Below, piece after piece: positions 24,201 through 35,500 of a stretch of 64,000 bases of DNA. Both the position numbers and the translations under genes were made by a program. A model generated the notes under the pieces. The model was not told where the DNA came from. It worked only from the letters and a program-made list of their open reading frames with translations, and searched no databases. Positions within the stretch are counted from its first letter, which is position 1. The number at the start of each line of letters is the position of its first letter. Origin of the DNA: Amoebophrya sp. A120 (lineage: Eukaryota > Protista > Dinoflagellata). The stretch covers positions 11,368,542-11,432,541 of the forward strand of contig CAJINV010000004.1 in NCBI GenBank assembly GCA_905178155.1. The letters are read 5' to 3'.

Positions 24201-27200
24201 CATGAGTGGACGGGCACAAAATGTAAAATGACAATGCCAATAAATATGGCTTGGTCAGAAAGGTTCCAACGGCTGCAGTACAGGCTTCGCATACGCATGC
24301 CCCAGAAGTTTGGAATGCGAGCTGTAATCACAAGTTTTGAGAAGGCCCCGCGCCCCTGCATACCCTGCATGAGCAATGCCACCATCTATTTTCAGGCGCC
24401 AAAAAGTCACTGTAATTTTCTGCTTGCGCAATACAGAATTTTGATTTTGATTTCGTATCAACCAGACCTAGCATGAAGGCATCAATAAACTCGGTCTGTC
24501 TTTGTTCTTCCCGCCCAGACCCAGACATATAATTTGGAGATGCAGTCCATAGACACAGACCAGTTGCCAATGTGCCCCACTTGCAGGTACACTCGACCTC
24601 CTGGTCGCACCCGCGCAGGGAAAGCGCCCCGCCGACGTTCTCGCATCGGAATTTCGGGACGACCGGCGTGCCAAACCACAGACCTTCCCTGCAGCGGACA
24701 CCGGAAATCGGCTTCCACGTTGTCTGCGGTGCTCGAAACTCGGCGGTGCTCAACTTGGTGGACCACGTACTAGCATCATGTGTAAAAACGTACCCAACCC
24801 AGATTTCTTGTTCTGCAGATTCGCACTTGCCGGGACACTTCCGATGCGCCTCCGCACGATGAGAAGCTTTCTCTGGTCCTTGTGCTAGAGAATCAATTTG
24901 TAGCGCTGTAACCGGGAAGATGAAGGGACATAAGCACATAGCTTAGCGATGCGGCCGCTGCGCTAGCTGTGGTCCAGTTGGACCGAACAAAGACCTTGGC
25001 ATGCCTAACTCCCAAAACCTGTGGATTTGTCCTGTCGAAGTCACATCTTGGGTGAGGACTGCGGGGCGGGTAGTACGTTTTATTCAGAAATGATAACTAG
25101 CCATGCCCGAGGCATCAATCCTGCTCAAAGCCGTACCCGACGGCTTGGTGCACGGACCGCGGATCTTCGCGCTTACAGGATATGTATTGCAAAAATGTCT
25201 GGGTCTGGACTGATGCTAGTTTTGGAATCCAAAAAAATCTGTATTGCATGAGCAGCAAGAGGCGTCCAGTTTTTGCTCCGCGGAGAGGGGATTTCTCATG
25301 CAGGATAGGCATCAAGATGCCGGCAAAAAATTTGTGATGCTGGGGCATACATCACAAACATCACGGGCCATGCAAAATGTGGATGACAAACCTTGCAATC
25401 TTCCAGACCCAGACCCTTTTACATTTGATACAGGATCGGTCTTCACAATGTCGCCGGGCGTGATGTACTCTCCGACGATGGTCGTGCGAGCTTTCTGATT
25501 AGGATTCGGACCCTGTTGAGGCAACTGCCCAGGCGTGCCGGTTGCGAGGGTGTTGCCGCACCTATACTGCCAGCTCGCGAGATTCCACCCGTAGCCGTTG
25601 CAACAGGCGCTCTGCCTGCATTCGTCGGTGTATCCGACAGAAAAAAGCAGGCGGGGTAGTGCAAAAATAAATACGCAGAAAAATCTGCTATGTGCGGCTC
25701 CATAGCATGCTGCTTAGGATATCCAACGCAGACTTTTTGTGTGTGTTTATTTTTGCATTACAAACACGACCTGCCAGCTTTTTTCTGTGTGATACGTTGT
25801 ACGAGGAACCGGTTATAAGATTGTACTTGTCCGATGCAATGCCTCTGCCACCGTTTTGGTGCGCTTTCGCGTACGTCGACAGGTCCATCTTGATTCCCAC
25901 ACCCCAACCGTTTCCATAGGTCTTTAGCTGGCACGGCCGGGGCTTGCACGTCATGGCGATGATCACCTCCGCGTTGTTGCCCGTCTTCGTCACGGTATCA
26001 AAAAGAAAAATCCCCCCTCCCCATATCGCAACGGTATGACTCCGAAAATTTGCGCTGCTGATTTGAGACCACGCATCACGTCTGTCATGCAAGAAGACAA
26101 GCGCAGAGGCTTCCGCGCCATTATGGAGGCGGCTTGGCATGCTGTTGGGCCTAGGGGACGGCCGCTTGTAATGCTAAAGAACGTGACCCAAACGCCCCTA
26201 CCTAGGCTGAGGATCTGGCTGCAGTGCCTTACTGCAAGACAGCGCGCATCTGTGTACGGAAATCCAGCATCAGAAACTTCGTCTCGATATGGGGAGGGAA
26301 GATTTTTCCTTACGATACACGGCCGCCTCCAACCTGTTCTTGATCCCGCTCCACTTCGATCCGCCGCCCTCATCCACGCGATCCCAGGCCGAGGGAGCCA
26401 ACTGCGTCAGCCAGTCATCGGGCAGCGGGATGGTGGTGGGACCGAGTTTTCCCCAATTTTCATCCGCGTAAATCTTCTCCTGCCGGGTTAGCATGCCGTT
26501 CCGAACAATTGTCAACACGGCGTGACACCCTCCGCCCGTTCTTGTTGTTCTTGAGCACTCGTTGAACAACATCTCGGTCCACTCCTTGACGCAATTAACG
26601 TGCTGGTCCGCACTCACGCCTGCACCTTCCTCATCGGGGCAGTGCGTCCAATCATACAGCCACGGACGAGCGACACTGTTTGGTGACCGCTTGTCGTGCC
26701 ATGCGGACCCCACTCCGGTTTTCCGATTGAAGACGCGAATCACGTTGAAGGGGCGGCAGTCCTCACAGTACCAACCGACGGCAGTATTCGGCTTCGTTTC
26801 CTCACTTCGGCCGATGTCTAACGGCAACGCGTGCGCGGACCTCTGTACGACGTCGCTTGGAGTGATGTATTGGCTAGGGTTATCTATAGAGTTCTCGAAC
26901 GTTAATAGCAAGAGTGAAAGGGGGAAGATTGCTCTTCTTGCAATACAGGTTTGGCACAGATCTAGATGCTGTGTAGCCCTTCGGAAATTTGTCATGCGAG
27001 GTAGCTTGATGGTGTAGATCTAGAAAGATGCTGGTGATGAGAGTTTTGCATGACAAATCATGTTGTAACAGTTGAGAATATAACGGTTGAGAACGCCATA
27101 TTATCGACGCGAGCTTTTTGGTCGGGGTTGTTAGGAGCGCCAGGCCATTGCCCCGGATCTTCATCCCAGGTGGTCTTGTCGCACGCATAATTGTACTCGG

Positions 27201-30200
27201 TATCACCTCCACCCCAGCTCCTCCTGCGTCTGCTCCGGCGCCTATTCGCATAATCCCCGTCGTTGCTGCGTCCCCAGGAATACCCATTGCAGCAGGCGCT
27301 GCTTCTGCACTCGTTGTTGTAATCATCGTCATAATACGTAGTCGCCGAGCCCCGCCGCCGCACCCCCACCCCCCAGCCTCTGCCTCTGCTCATCAACTGG
27401 CACGGCCTGGGTTTGCACGTCATCGCGATGATGTCCTCGCCATTGGTTCTCGCCTGCTCCAAGCGTGGCTTGATATGCATTGCAACTCTTGGTCTGGAAA
27501 CTTGTAATGCTAAAAGTGAATGAGAGTTCCACTGCGATACGGAGCCAAGCATGACAAATTTTTGGGCTCCTACGTGTTGCGTGTTCCGCATGGCAAACTG
27601 CGTTTCTGCATGACAGGTAAGAGGACCGCTTCGTGCCCATGCATCACAGATTCTTGACTTGTGCCATGTCAGACATGCATGACAAATGTAGCGATCTTCC
27701 AGACCCAGACATATTTGCATTTGATACTTGATAACGGCGTTCCACAGCGGTGCCATGCCGGCGTCGGTGCGGTCCCAGGCGGACGGGGCCAGCTGCGTCA
27801 GCCAGTCGCTGTATCCAGGAAAAAAACGTTGTTAGTGTAAATTTGTGATGCGCAACATTCAAGCTGGTTGCGTCTGTCATGCTTGGCATGCATCGTAGGG
27901 TTCATTAAAGGGCGTTTTCAAGTAGTATCTGCGCATGACAGGTTTTTGCTGTCATGCGCGAGATATTTGTCATGCTAATCCTCCAAGAAAGTTACACCTA
28001 CAATGTTTTTGTCTTGGATACGCTGGGCAGCGGGCTCAGTGTGTGGGGGCCCACCTTGTCACATCAAAAGGAAACATCCCCCCTCCTCATAACAAAACGG
28101 ACATCTGGGACGCGGGACTTGTGTACACTTGCAGTAGAGAACTGCGCACAGATCGCAAGCCTAGGCGGGGGCCTTTTGGTGTGTAGGCGCCTAGCATGGC
28201 ACCAGACTTCTGCCCTGTAGGTGTACTAGGTAGGAGTCCTTACAGCATTACAAATCGCCCGCATAACGTGGCGGACAGCCCGCGCTTGCCTTCTTGCAAG
28301 ACAGACAGGATTAGGATTTGTGGTAGCAAATCTGCATCACAAATTTTCAGGAGGATGCGTTTTCCGTATGGGGAGGGAGATTTTTCCTTGCAATATGTCA
28401 CCCCAATCCTGGCCCTTCCAAATCCGTTCCGTCCGTTGCAGAGACTTTATGAGAGTGCACAACGAACCCCTCCTCCCTCATTTGTCATGCATACCCGACT
28501 GCACCACATCAAAAACCTTTGCCCCTTCGCCGCAAGCAGCTTCGGACGCAGGAGATCTAGGGTAATGCCAAATCCAAGTGCTGCTGCGTGGTACTGTTTG
28601 CATGACAGATTCCGGAACAAGCCCAAACAGTTGTACTACACTAGGTGCATGAACTTGTCATGCGCAGGCTCCACAGGTGGGGGTGTCTGTTCTTATTCAT
28701 TGCTGTTCATGCAATACAATATACAAATGAGGGGGAGGGGGAGTTGTGCACACTCATAGAGTTCTGTCCGCCACGTATCACGGTAAGCACGGAGTGACAT
28801 CCCTGCGGGTTAGACGCGCATTCTGCCCACAGCTTTTCCGTCCGTTCCCTGGCACAGTCGAAGTGTCGGTCACTTTGCGGATTGTCCTTGTTCGCGTTGT
28901 AGGTATTCGGGCAGTCCTCCTCCCCCCATCCCCAAGACGCAACGCCCAACCGGGTGCCTTCGTCTAACCGAATGCCGTGCTCGTTGTTCGGCGACCGTTG
29001 GTCGTGCCACCCGACGCCGTGCCCGGTGTCCGGATTCAACACCCGAATCACGTTGAAATGCCGGCAACTCTCACAGTACCAGCCGACGGCACACCTATCC
29101 TGAGTAAAAATGTCCCCACACCAGAGTCAAGATGGGAAATCCGCTAGACAAATCCACAAGCTTTGGCTGTTTCGCATGACAAATTTGGACGCGTAGTGTA
29201 GTACTGTTTGAGCTAGCTAAGCAGCATTACAGATCTAGTATCTCATGCTGATTGGCGCATTACAGATTTCCAAACCACATATAGAAAATGCTTCTCATGG
29301 GGCTCCGCATGAGAAACATTTTAAGCATGCAGAGTAGCATGACAACTATGGTGTGGGTACGTTTTTACACAGGATAACACCGAGGCGAGGTTCTTTCCGT
29401 GCGGCCGATGTCATTGGCGCAGCTTTCCGCGGGAGACTGTGGGGCATCACCTTTCATTTCCATCAGAGCTGACTCTTGCGAATCTGCATCCTGTTCTGCG
29501 TCACCATCGTAAGTGTCGTCAAGGTCGTCTTCATCTTCCGCATCCCCACGTGCATCATCGAAGCCGTGACCTGCATCATCCTCGTCGTCGCTACTTGTTG
29601 TACTTTCCTGCTGCCGCGCAACATCCGCGCTGAGCTCCCGCTGCTCCAGAAATAAAGCGCCGCCGGGTGGAACAAGTAGGTCATCTTTTTCTTCACGTGA
29701 TAAACCTGCACGACCTGCTTCCTTCTCGCCGAGTTCTCCTTCGCCATCATCTTCGTCTTCACTATCTTCGTCTTCACTTGTCTCCTCCGCCTTCTGTCTC
29801 CGTTTTTCCTCTGCCTGCCGTTGCAAGAAAGCAGATGCGGATGCCATTCCGTCCATAACTGTACTGCGATCTTCCTCTCGTCCCCGCAGCTTGCTCCCTG
29901 CTCTCCTTCCGAGACGATCCTGCTGCAAAAACGGGATTTTGTAGTTTTCCTCCGTCGGAGGTGCCGCCGTGGCCTTCTTCTCCACCGTGGCCAGATTGAC
30001 CACGCGGTCCGTAGGAACAGCTCTATCCCTTGTCAGGAAGGGCTTTTTTTTCTCGTCCGTCGAAACCGGTGCAGCGACGTGGTCAACATCTTGCTCCTGC
30101 TCTTCGATCTCCGAAGCAGAGCCGACAGAGAAAGCAGACACTCCCAGCAGTGGAGGACGTAGTGTGCGGTCTTGGTCAGAAAAATCTACTTCGTGCACGC

Positions 30201-30276
30201 GAAATGAAAAGCGCACGAGCAACAGACGAAGCGGGAGCACGGCAAGACCTTCGAGCAAGCACCACTTCTTGGACAT
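18207..30276 (-). CDS. Large secreted multidomain Cys/Trp-rich protein with at least 22 non-canonical introns; C-terminus uncertain
   Basis: ATG 30276 with signal-like N-terminus and acidic pro-region. Two copies of an AVGWYCExCRxFNVIRV...WLTQLAPSAWDR...IIAMTCKPRPCQ...SACCNGY domain, then further Cys modules. All 22 joins keep the frame. Confidence 0.85.
18219..18585. mobile_element. Decayed TAT..ATA intronic element
   Basis: DR tacgc/gacgc; imperfect 21-bp TIR. Confidence 0.65.
18616..18928. mobile_element. Decayed family A intronic element
   Basis: Sense DR gcgct/gcaat; join AALPFLQHECV. Confidence 0.72.
18980..19340. mobile_element. Family D-like intronic element
   Basis: Exact DR cctgc. 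Confidence 0.82.
19396..19751. mobile_element. Family D-like intronic element
   Basis: Exact DR caggc; join VGACCKKG. Confidence 0.82.
20822..21073. mobile_element. Family A intronic element
   Basis: About 30-bp TIR; exact DR cagtc; join EADCPW. Confidence 0.95.
21128..21578. mobile_element. Decayed TAT..ATA intron
   Basis: Sense DR cacat/cagct; frame restored. Confidence 0.7.
22232..22545. mobile_element. Decayed TAT..ATA intron
   Basis: TIR tatc(a)caacaaaaaaa; join IFGVGCDGKW. Confidence 0.75.
22613..22906. mobile_element. Decayed intronic element (TAC/ATG ends)
   Basis: TIR ..acagaaaagca; sense DR gcaga/gcaaa; join GWADEL. Confidence 0.72.
23150..23310. mobile_element. Decayed TAT..ATA intron
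   Basis: TAT-N4-TGCAAAAG at both ends; join ESGGVY. Confidence 0.7.
23396..23714. mobile_element. Family G intronic element
   Basis: 25-bp imperfect TIR; sense DR tttga/tttaa. Confidence 0.8.
23812..24020. mobile_element. Decayed TAT..ATA intron
   Basis: TIR tat..ca.gaaaaaactg; sense DR cagac/cgggc. Confidence 0.75.
24064..24551. mobile_element. Decayed family A intronic element
   Basis: Exact DR gacac; join TGLCPFH. Confidence 0.85.
24891..25095. mobile_element. Strongly decayed intron (ATT end)
   Basis: Frame restored by the plus-5 rule; DR poorly kept. Confidence 0.5.
25181..25430. mobile_element. Family A intronic element
   Basis: Exact DR cagga. Confidence 0.92.
25631..25794. mobile_element. 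TAT..ATA intronic element
   Basis: TIR tatc...cagaaaaaagc.ggc; sense DR caacg/caccg; join YNDECRQSACC. Confidence 0.85.
25996..26317. mobile_element. Family B intronic element
   Basis: Exact DR cacgg; join EAAVTKTG. Confidence 0.93.
26885..27100. mobile_element. TAT..ATA intronic element
   Basis: Exact DR ttatc; TIR tat.g.gttctc.a.cg. Confidence 0.85.
27474..27726. mobile_element. Family A intronic element (left TIR partly deleted)
   Basis: Exact DR cttga; join VIKPRLE. Confidence 0.9.
27812..28020. mobile_element. TAT..ATA intronic element
   Basis: Exact DR cgctg; join LPSDWLTQL. Confidence 0.88.
28062..28395. mobile_element. Family B intronic element
   Basis: Exact DR tgtca; join WGDKVGP. 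Confidence 0.88.
28448..28758. mobile_element. Family E intronic element
   Basis: TIR TATGAG.GTGCACAAC; DR gactt/gagtt. Confidence 0.88.
29096..29376. mobile_element. Family D intronic element
   Basis: TIR TATCCTG.GTAAAAA.GT.CCCACACCA; exact DR acacc; join PRCAVGWYC. Confidence 0.92.
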
Positions 30277-31776
30277 ACTCTATTCCGTCTGCAAAAATAT
30301 CGCACTTGCTGTAAGTAGTACCTAGCAGTCAAAGTCAGGCACCACTCAGACTCAGCATTTTAATTTTATACAATTTTTCTGCACCTTGCGAAAATCTGTA
30401 CATACACTTATACACTGGTACGATGGTTTTACAAAGCATAAGCTCGGAACAATTTTCGGGCCCCGAGACGCGGAGAACCAAACCCCGAGTGGCGGAGGAG
30501 GGCCATCCGCGAAGAAGAAGATTTCCCCCCGGCTGCGTAACATAATTCCCTTTCCCCCTTCAAATTTGTGATCGCACAAAAATATTCATCTGCTTCTTCA
30601 AGGTACTAGACTGGTGAAATTATCACATGCAGACGAGGATTATCCCGTGCGGAAGTCGTGATGTGGTTGTACCGTTGCAGAATAAAATAAATGCATGAGT
30701 AAGGATGAAAAACATTCATTACAGCTCCAATCCGAATACGCGGATCACGACGACCGAGCCTGTCACAAAAAAAATTGAAAATCGTCACCGCGAAGAAGCA
30801 GATGCACTTTTTTCATGCGATACGTTACTTGCTTTCCTCTTCAGTAGGTCCTTACTGTCGCCGCTTCGCGTTGTTCGCCTGGGAAAGTCATAGTGCGACT
30901 ACAGGCCCGCCGATCTGCTGGCCCCAGTCTTTGCCGGTTTGACTTCTCGAGTGATCCGCCAGTCGGTGTTCCGAAATAAAAGAATCCGAGAGCCGGGCTT
31001 CTTTACAAACTATAGACTTTTATTTCCTCTTGCGAGTTGATACAAAGCTCGTCCGGCAATAAAGTTCTCGGACTTACACTTAGGTCTTCCAGGGAGTTCT
31101 ATCGAAAATGTCACTTTGCAATTTCTTTGCAATTTTTGCATCAACGCAATAAGTTTTCTTTACGTTTCAATGAACAACGTTACTTATTTCTGGCTCGTCC
31201 CCCCGCGCCAGGACCGCTTTGAGAGCAGAAAAAAAAGCCTCCTGTTCCTTCCAGTAGTGAGTTTGCGCAACGATCTTCCGTTCTTCCTACTTATGACTTG
31301 TCTGGGTCTAGAAAACAAGGCCTCGAACTTGCAATGCCGGTCTTAGTAGATTCCTACGAAGAAATACGAAGAAATCTGTGAATGTGTTGTGGTGTGAGCA
31401 ACAAATAAAGCCCAGCTTGTCCTCATGCCACGCGCACTACAAATCTCTGGGTCTGAGTTCTCTCAGCCTTTTGGTGTTTTTCTCCGTTTCCCTCGGTTTT
31501 TGTTACAACTTGTACGCGCACTACAAATGAGAAAGTGCTCTGAAAGGTTGTCAACATCATGCCTCCTGGTGGCTATTTCTCTTCGTCTTCTCCTCAGTTC
31601 TGAGCATGACAAGTTCTTGGCAGCAGACTCAGAGGCCTATAATCGATCGAGAAATACTGAATAGGAAAGAGCTTTATTTCAACATTTGGTACCTTCCTCA
31701 GTGTGCGATCGACAAATCGAGGCGCATTCCTCGACAGACACAGAACTCGAGAAATCGAGAACTCTCGCCGAGCAAC

Positions 31777-31838
31777 AGCGATGATCGAGGGCAAAGCGAT
31801 GATCGAGGGCAAAGCGATGATCGAGGGCAAAGCGATGA
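31777..31838. repeat. 18-bp tandem repeat x3.4
   Basis: (AGCGATGATCGAGGGCAA)3 plus AGCGATGA. Confidence 0.9.
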
Positions 31839-32598
31839 GGATGATCGAAAGAACCACACGAAAATCGAAATGACTGGTCCTTCAACCACGAAAATGATCT
31901 CCTTTTTTCATCTTCGTTCCTCACTCCACGATCTTCATCATGCAGAAAAAGTAGCTAGCACTTTTACATCGGCCGATTGCTTTCAATGCAAAAATAAATG
32001 AGCAGAGAAATCAAGAAATCTGTTCATGGACAGTAGAATGAAGCGTCGTGCTACTCGTCGTGAAAAACTACAGATCTTTTTGGCTCAGTTGCGCCCTTTT
32101 ATTCATTTTTGCATTTATGCAATTGCGGGGGCAAGCTTCTGATACTGTTCTCCAGGCTACAAAACTAATGTGGATCTATGATCGGTTTGTGATACACATA
32201 CACTCATATACAACAATCGTTCATAGCAGCGACGTCAACCGGCTCTTCTGGAAAAAGGATCATTTTCTCGGCTTTTTGTTTTCGTACTACTCTGCTGTAC
32301 CGCCCGCACGAAGACGATCGGCTTGCTTTCGCAGCGGTGCTGGCTTTGGAAGACAAACTGCTTCTTCGTCTTCCTTCCATAATGCCAATATCGAAGACAG
32401 GAAAAGAAACGAGACATTTTGAAATGTTTGCAAAGGAATTACTTTCATCGTCGTTCCGAGGAAAAAATGGGGAAACAGCACGCTCTTTGATACTTTTTGT
32501 TTTTTCTCATCCTACAAGAACGAGAAGAGGACGACAGTGGTCCCGTCTTCTGCGCACAGGCGCTTCAATTTTTCTCAGAAAACATTTGTTTGTTTTCT

Positions 32599-35500
32599 TT
32601 AGTCCGATATGGATTGTAAAAATGTCTGGGTCTGGAAGAATGCAACTTGTCATGCTAATTCTCGATAGCGCAAAAATCTGTGTTGCATGATTACCAAAAG
32701 CTCTCCTCTTTTGACCAAACTGAGAGGGAGTTTCTCATGCAGACGAGGCATGATAGGGGTCGAGAAGAATCTGTCATGCTGGGTCATGTATCTATTACAG
32801 ACCTCACGCGTCATGGAAAACCCGCATGACAAGTCTTCCAACCTTCCAGACCCAGACATTTTTACATTTGATATCCGAGGTGGCCGGGAAGGCCCATTTG
32901 GTGACGTCCGACTCCTCCGCAGCCAAGTGGTGCAAGGGGTGGGTCTATGCATCGCAAAAATGGCTGGGTCTGAATTTCTTATGCCAGATTTGAAAGATGC
33001 CAGGACGATCATCTGTGATGCATGGAAGATATGAGTCGCCAGCATTTTTCTCGTCCTGGGAGCCTGTTTGTCATGCGTCTTGTGTTTACAACGAATGGGT
33101 CTGCAATAATTATAACTAAGTCTCGCAAAATTTATTAACAACAAGATGCTGTTAATATGTACTACTCTGCGATGCGAGTACCAGCAACACAAATTTCCAG
33201 CCCGAGACATATTTGCGCGTGATAGGGTCCGGCGCCACTTGTGGGACTTGTTGTACTCGTCGATGTTTCCGGTTTGCGACCTATCCGCAGAAAAAACGTC
33301 CCCACCCCATTTTTGCTGTCATGCAACATGCAAGTCTGCATCATGCCCAAAATATTTCTCATGCGCCGCCCCGACAACATGAGGAGCCTTTTCTAGTGCT
33401 ACCTGAGGATCATGGGAAGTTGTCATGCTATATGCAGGATGAGATGATCGCACTAGAAGCTAAACCCGTCTACACTTCAACATAATGCGCAACGCCCAAA
33501 TAAACTTCTTGGCTTGTGTAGCAAAACTGATATCTTGACTTGAGTCTAATATTACTATTCGAAATTAGCATCACAAACAAATAGGATATTCGAAATTAGC
33601 ATTACAAATTCCATGTATAATGGGGTGAGGACGTTTTTACACAGGGTACGACCTTGCCACGCCGTCGAACGAGGTGATGTATCCTGCAGAAAATGAAAAG
33701 CACACCCGTGTCATGCGTAGAAAATGCAGTTTTTTCTGTGATAACAGATGACCACGGCTTTTGTTTGTTGCTGTTCAGTATTTTTACAAATCTTCTGGGT
33801 ACAACGTCTCTGAAGCTGGTCCCTTTGCCTTTTCCGCATCTCAGTTTAAGCATATTTTGCATGACAGGTTCTCCTCGCTCGTGCGGATCATCAGGATGAT
33901 CATCATCATCATCATCGTCATGTGAATCGACGGTAAAAAGTCTTTTTCCGGATCAGGATCAGCATCACCAAAGGCAAAGAGTTCTTGTTCTTTGTGCCCT
34001 AAAAATATAAAGTAGCAGCCACAAAAATTTCGTTTTCTTCTGGTACTGGTGTCCTTTTCTGTAGGATATGATGGCCGCGCCGCGCAACCGGGTCAAGGCA
34101 CGAAACACGGACCGCTTTTCCTCCGCCACCTGGGCCCGCTCGATTTGGTCCACCATCGCATCCGATTCCTTGATGGAGTCCTCGGTTAACTCCTGCGCCG
34201 TGTCCTCGCGGCCGAACCGCTCATGCATTGCAAATATGTCTCGGTCTGGGAGAATGCAATTTTGTCATGCTTGTCTCAACACATGACTCTTCCTCTTGTT
34301 ATTAAATCTGTAAATGCATAAGCAGGACAAAGACCACCTAATCCTATTGCCTGTCATGCAAAGTAAGATGCAGTAACCCATGCGGAAGGCGATAAAAATA
34401 AGCGCTCAAAAACTTCTCACGCGTAAGAACTGCGTATTTTTGCAGTGCGCCCACCATTGTTTCACGAACTAGCATCACAAGTTTAGTGTTCCAGACTCAG
34501 ACATAGTTGCAATGCGTAGGGCTCCAATTCGCCGTACGGCATCTCAGTGTCGATGTCCACCCCAACGTCGTCCTGTTTTATGATTGGACAAAATGCAAAA
34601 ACGCAGTAGTGGCAACCCCAATAGATATGGCTTTTTTGGCCCTCCACCCAAACTGTTTGGGCTGATGCAGATCCGGAGAACCCCAATGCGCGAGCAATTG
34701 TTGGAGCGCGGTACGCCGCGCCCCTTCGCTTGTCCGGGCGACATGACGGCGCACCAAATTGAACTGCAGTGCGGCCGCCCAGCTGGTATATGCATCCTCG
34801 GGCCGTAGATTGCCCGGTAAATTAGCGGCATGGCCAACAAAATATTCACAACCCCCTGGCCGCCACAACTCCAACAACTGTGGGCCCGCGCACGAAAATA
34901 GCCCCCGGGCCTATCAAGCGGCAGCGGGCAACACAGCCACCCCATTTGCCGGACGCTGCCCATGCAAATTGCCGGCTCGTGCCCGCTGCCTTTCACATCC
35001 AACCACAAAGAGGCAAAACGACAAAGACACAGGAGCCACAATACCCCGGGGCGCCGCTGCGTTGGCACTGGGCCCCTCGTCGGCGGGCAGCCAGCGGGGC
35101 TGTGCGGCGGCACAATGAACCCGGTGCGGGCCCATCGGGAGGGGGCGCGCCACGCACATTGCACACAAGACACAAGGGCGGCGCGCCCTTCGCTTCCACC
35201 TCGCCCCAGACCCAACCCCGCCCCCCCTCCCCGTGCGGCCCCCCCAGCCAATAGAATTGGGGCGCCTGTCCTATTCTATTCGGCCGGCCCGCCAGAAATC
35301 GCGCACGTGCGCCAAAATGGCCAGCCGGCCAAATAGAATATGGCCCCGGTCCGAATTCTATTGGCCCCAGGCCCCGAACCCAAGCCGCTGGCAACGCACC
35401 AATGTCGGCAACCCGGATCCCCGCAACCACAAATCCCAGCAAAAGTGCCAGGGGCTGCATGGCCGTGCGGTCCGAGCCAAGCAACGGACAAGGCCACTTG

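Noticed and set aside
35312-35323. Spliced-leader relic (GCCATTTTGGC on the minus strand; TTTTGGCTCAG near 32078)
   Set aside because: The matches are only about 11 nt and not upstream of a co-oriented start codon.
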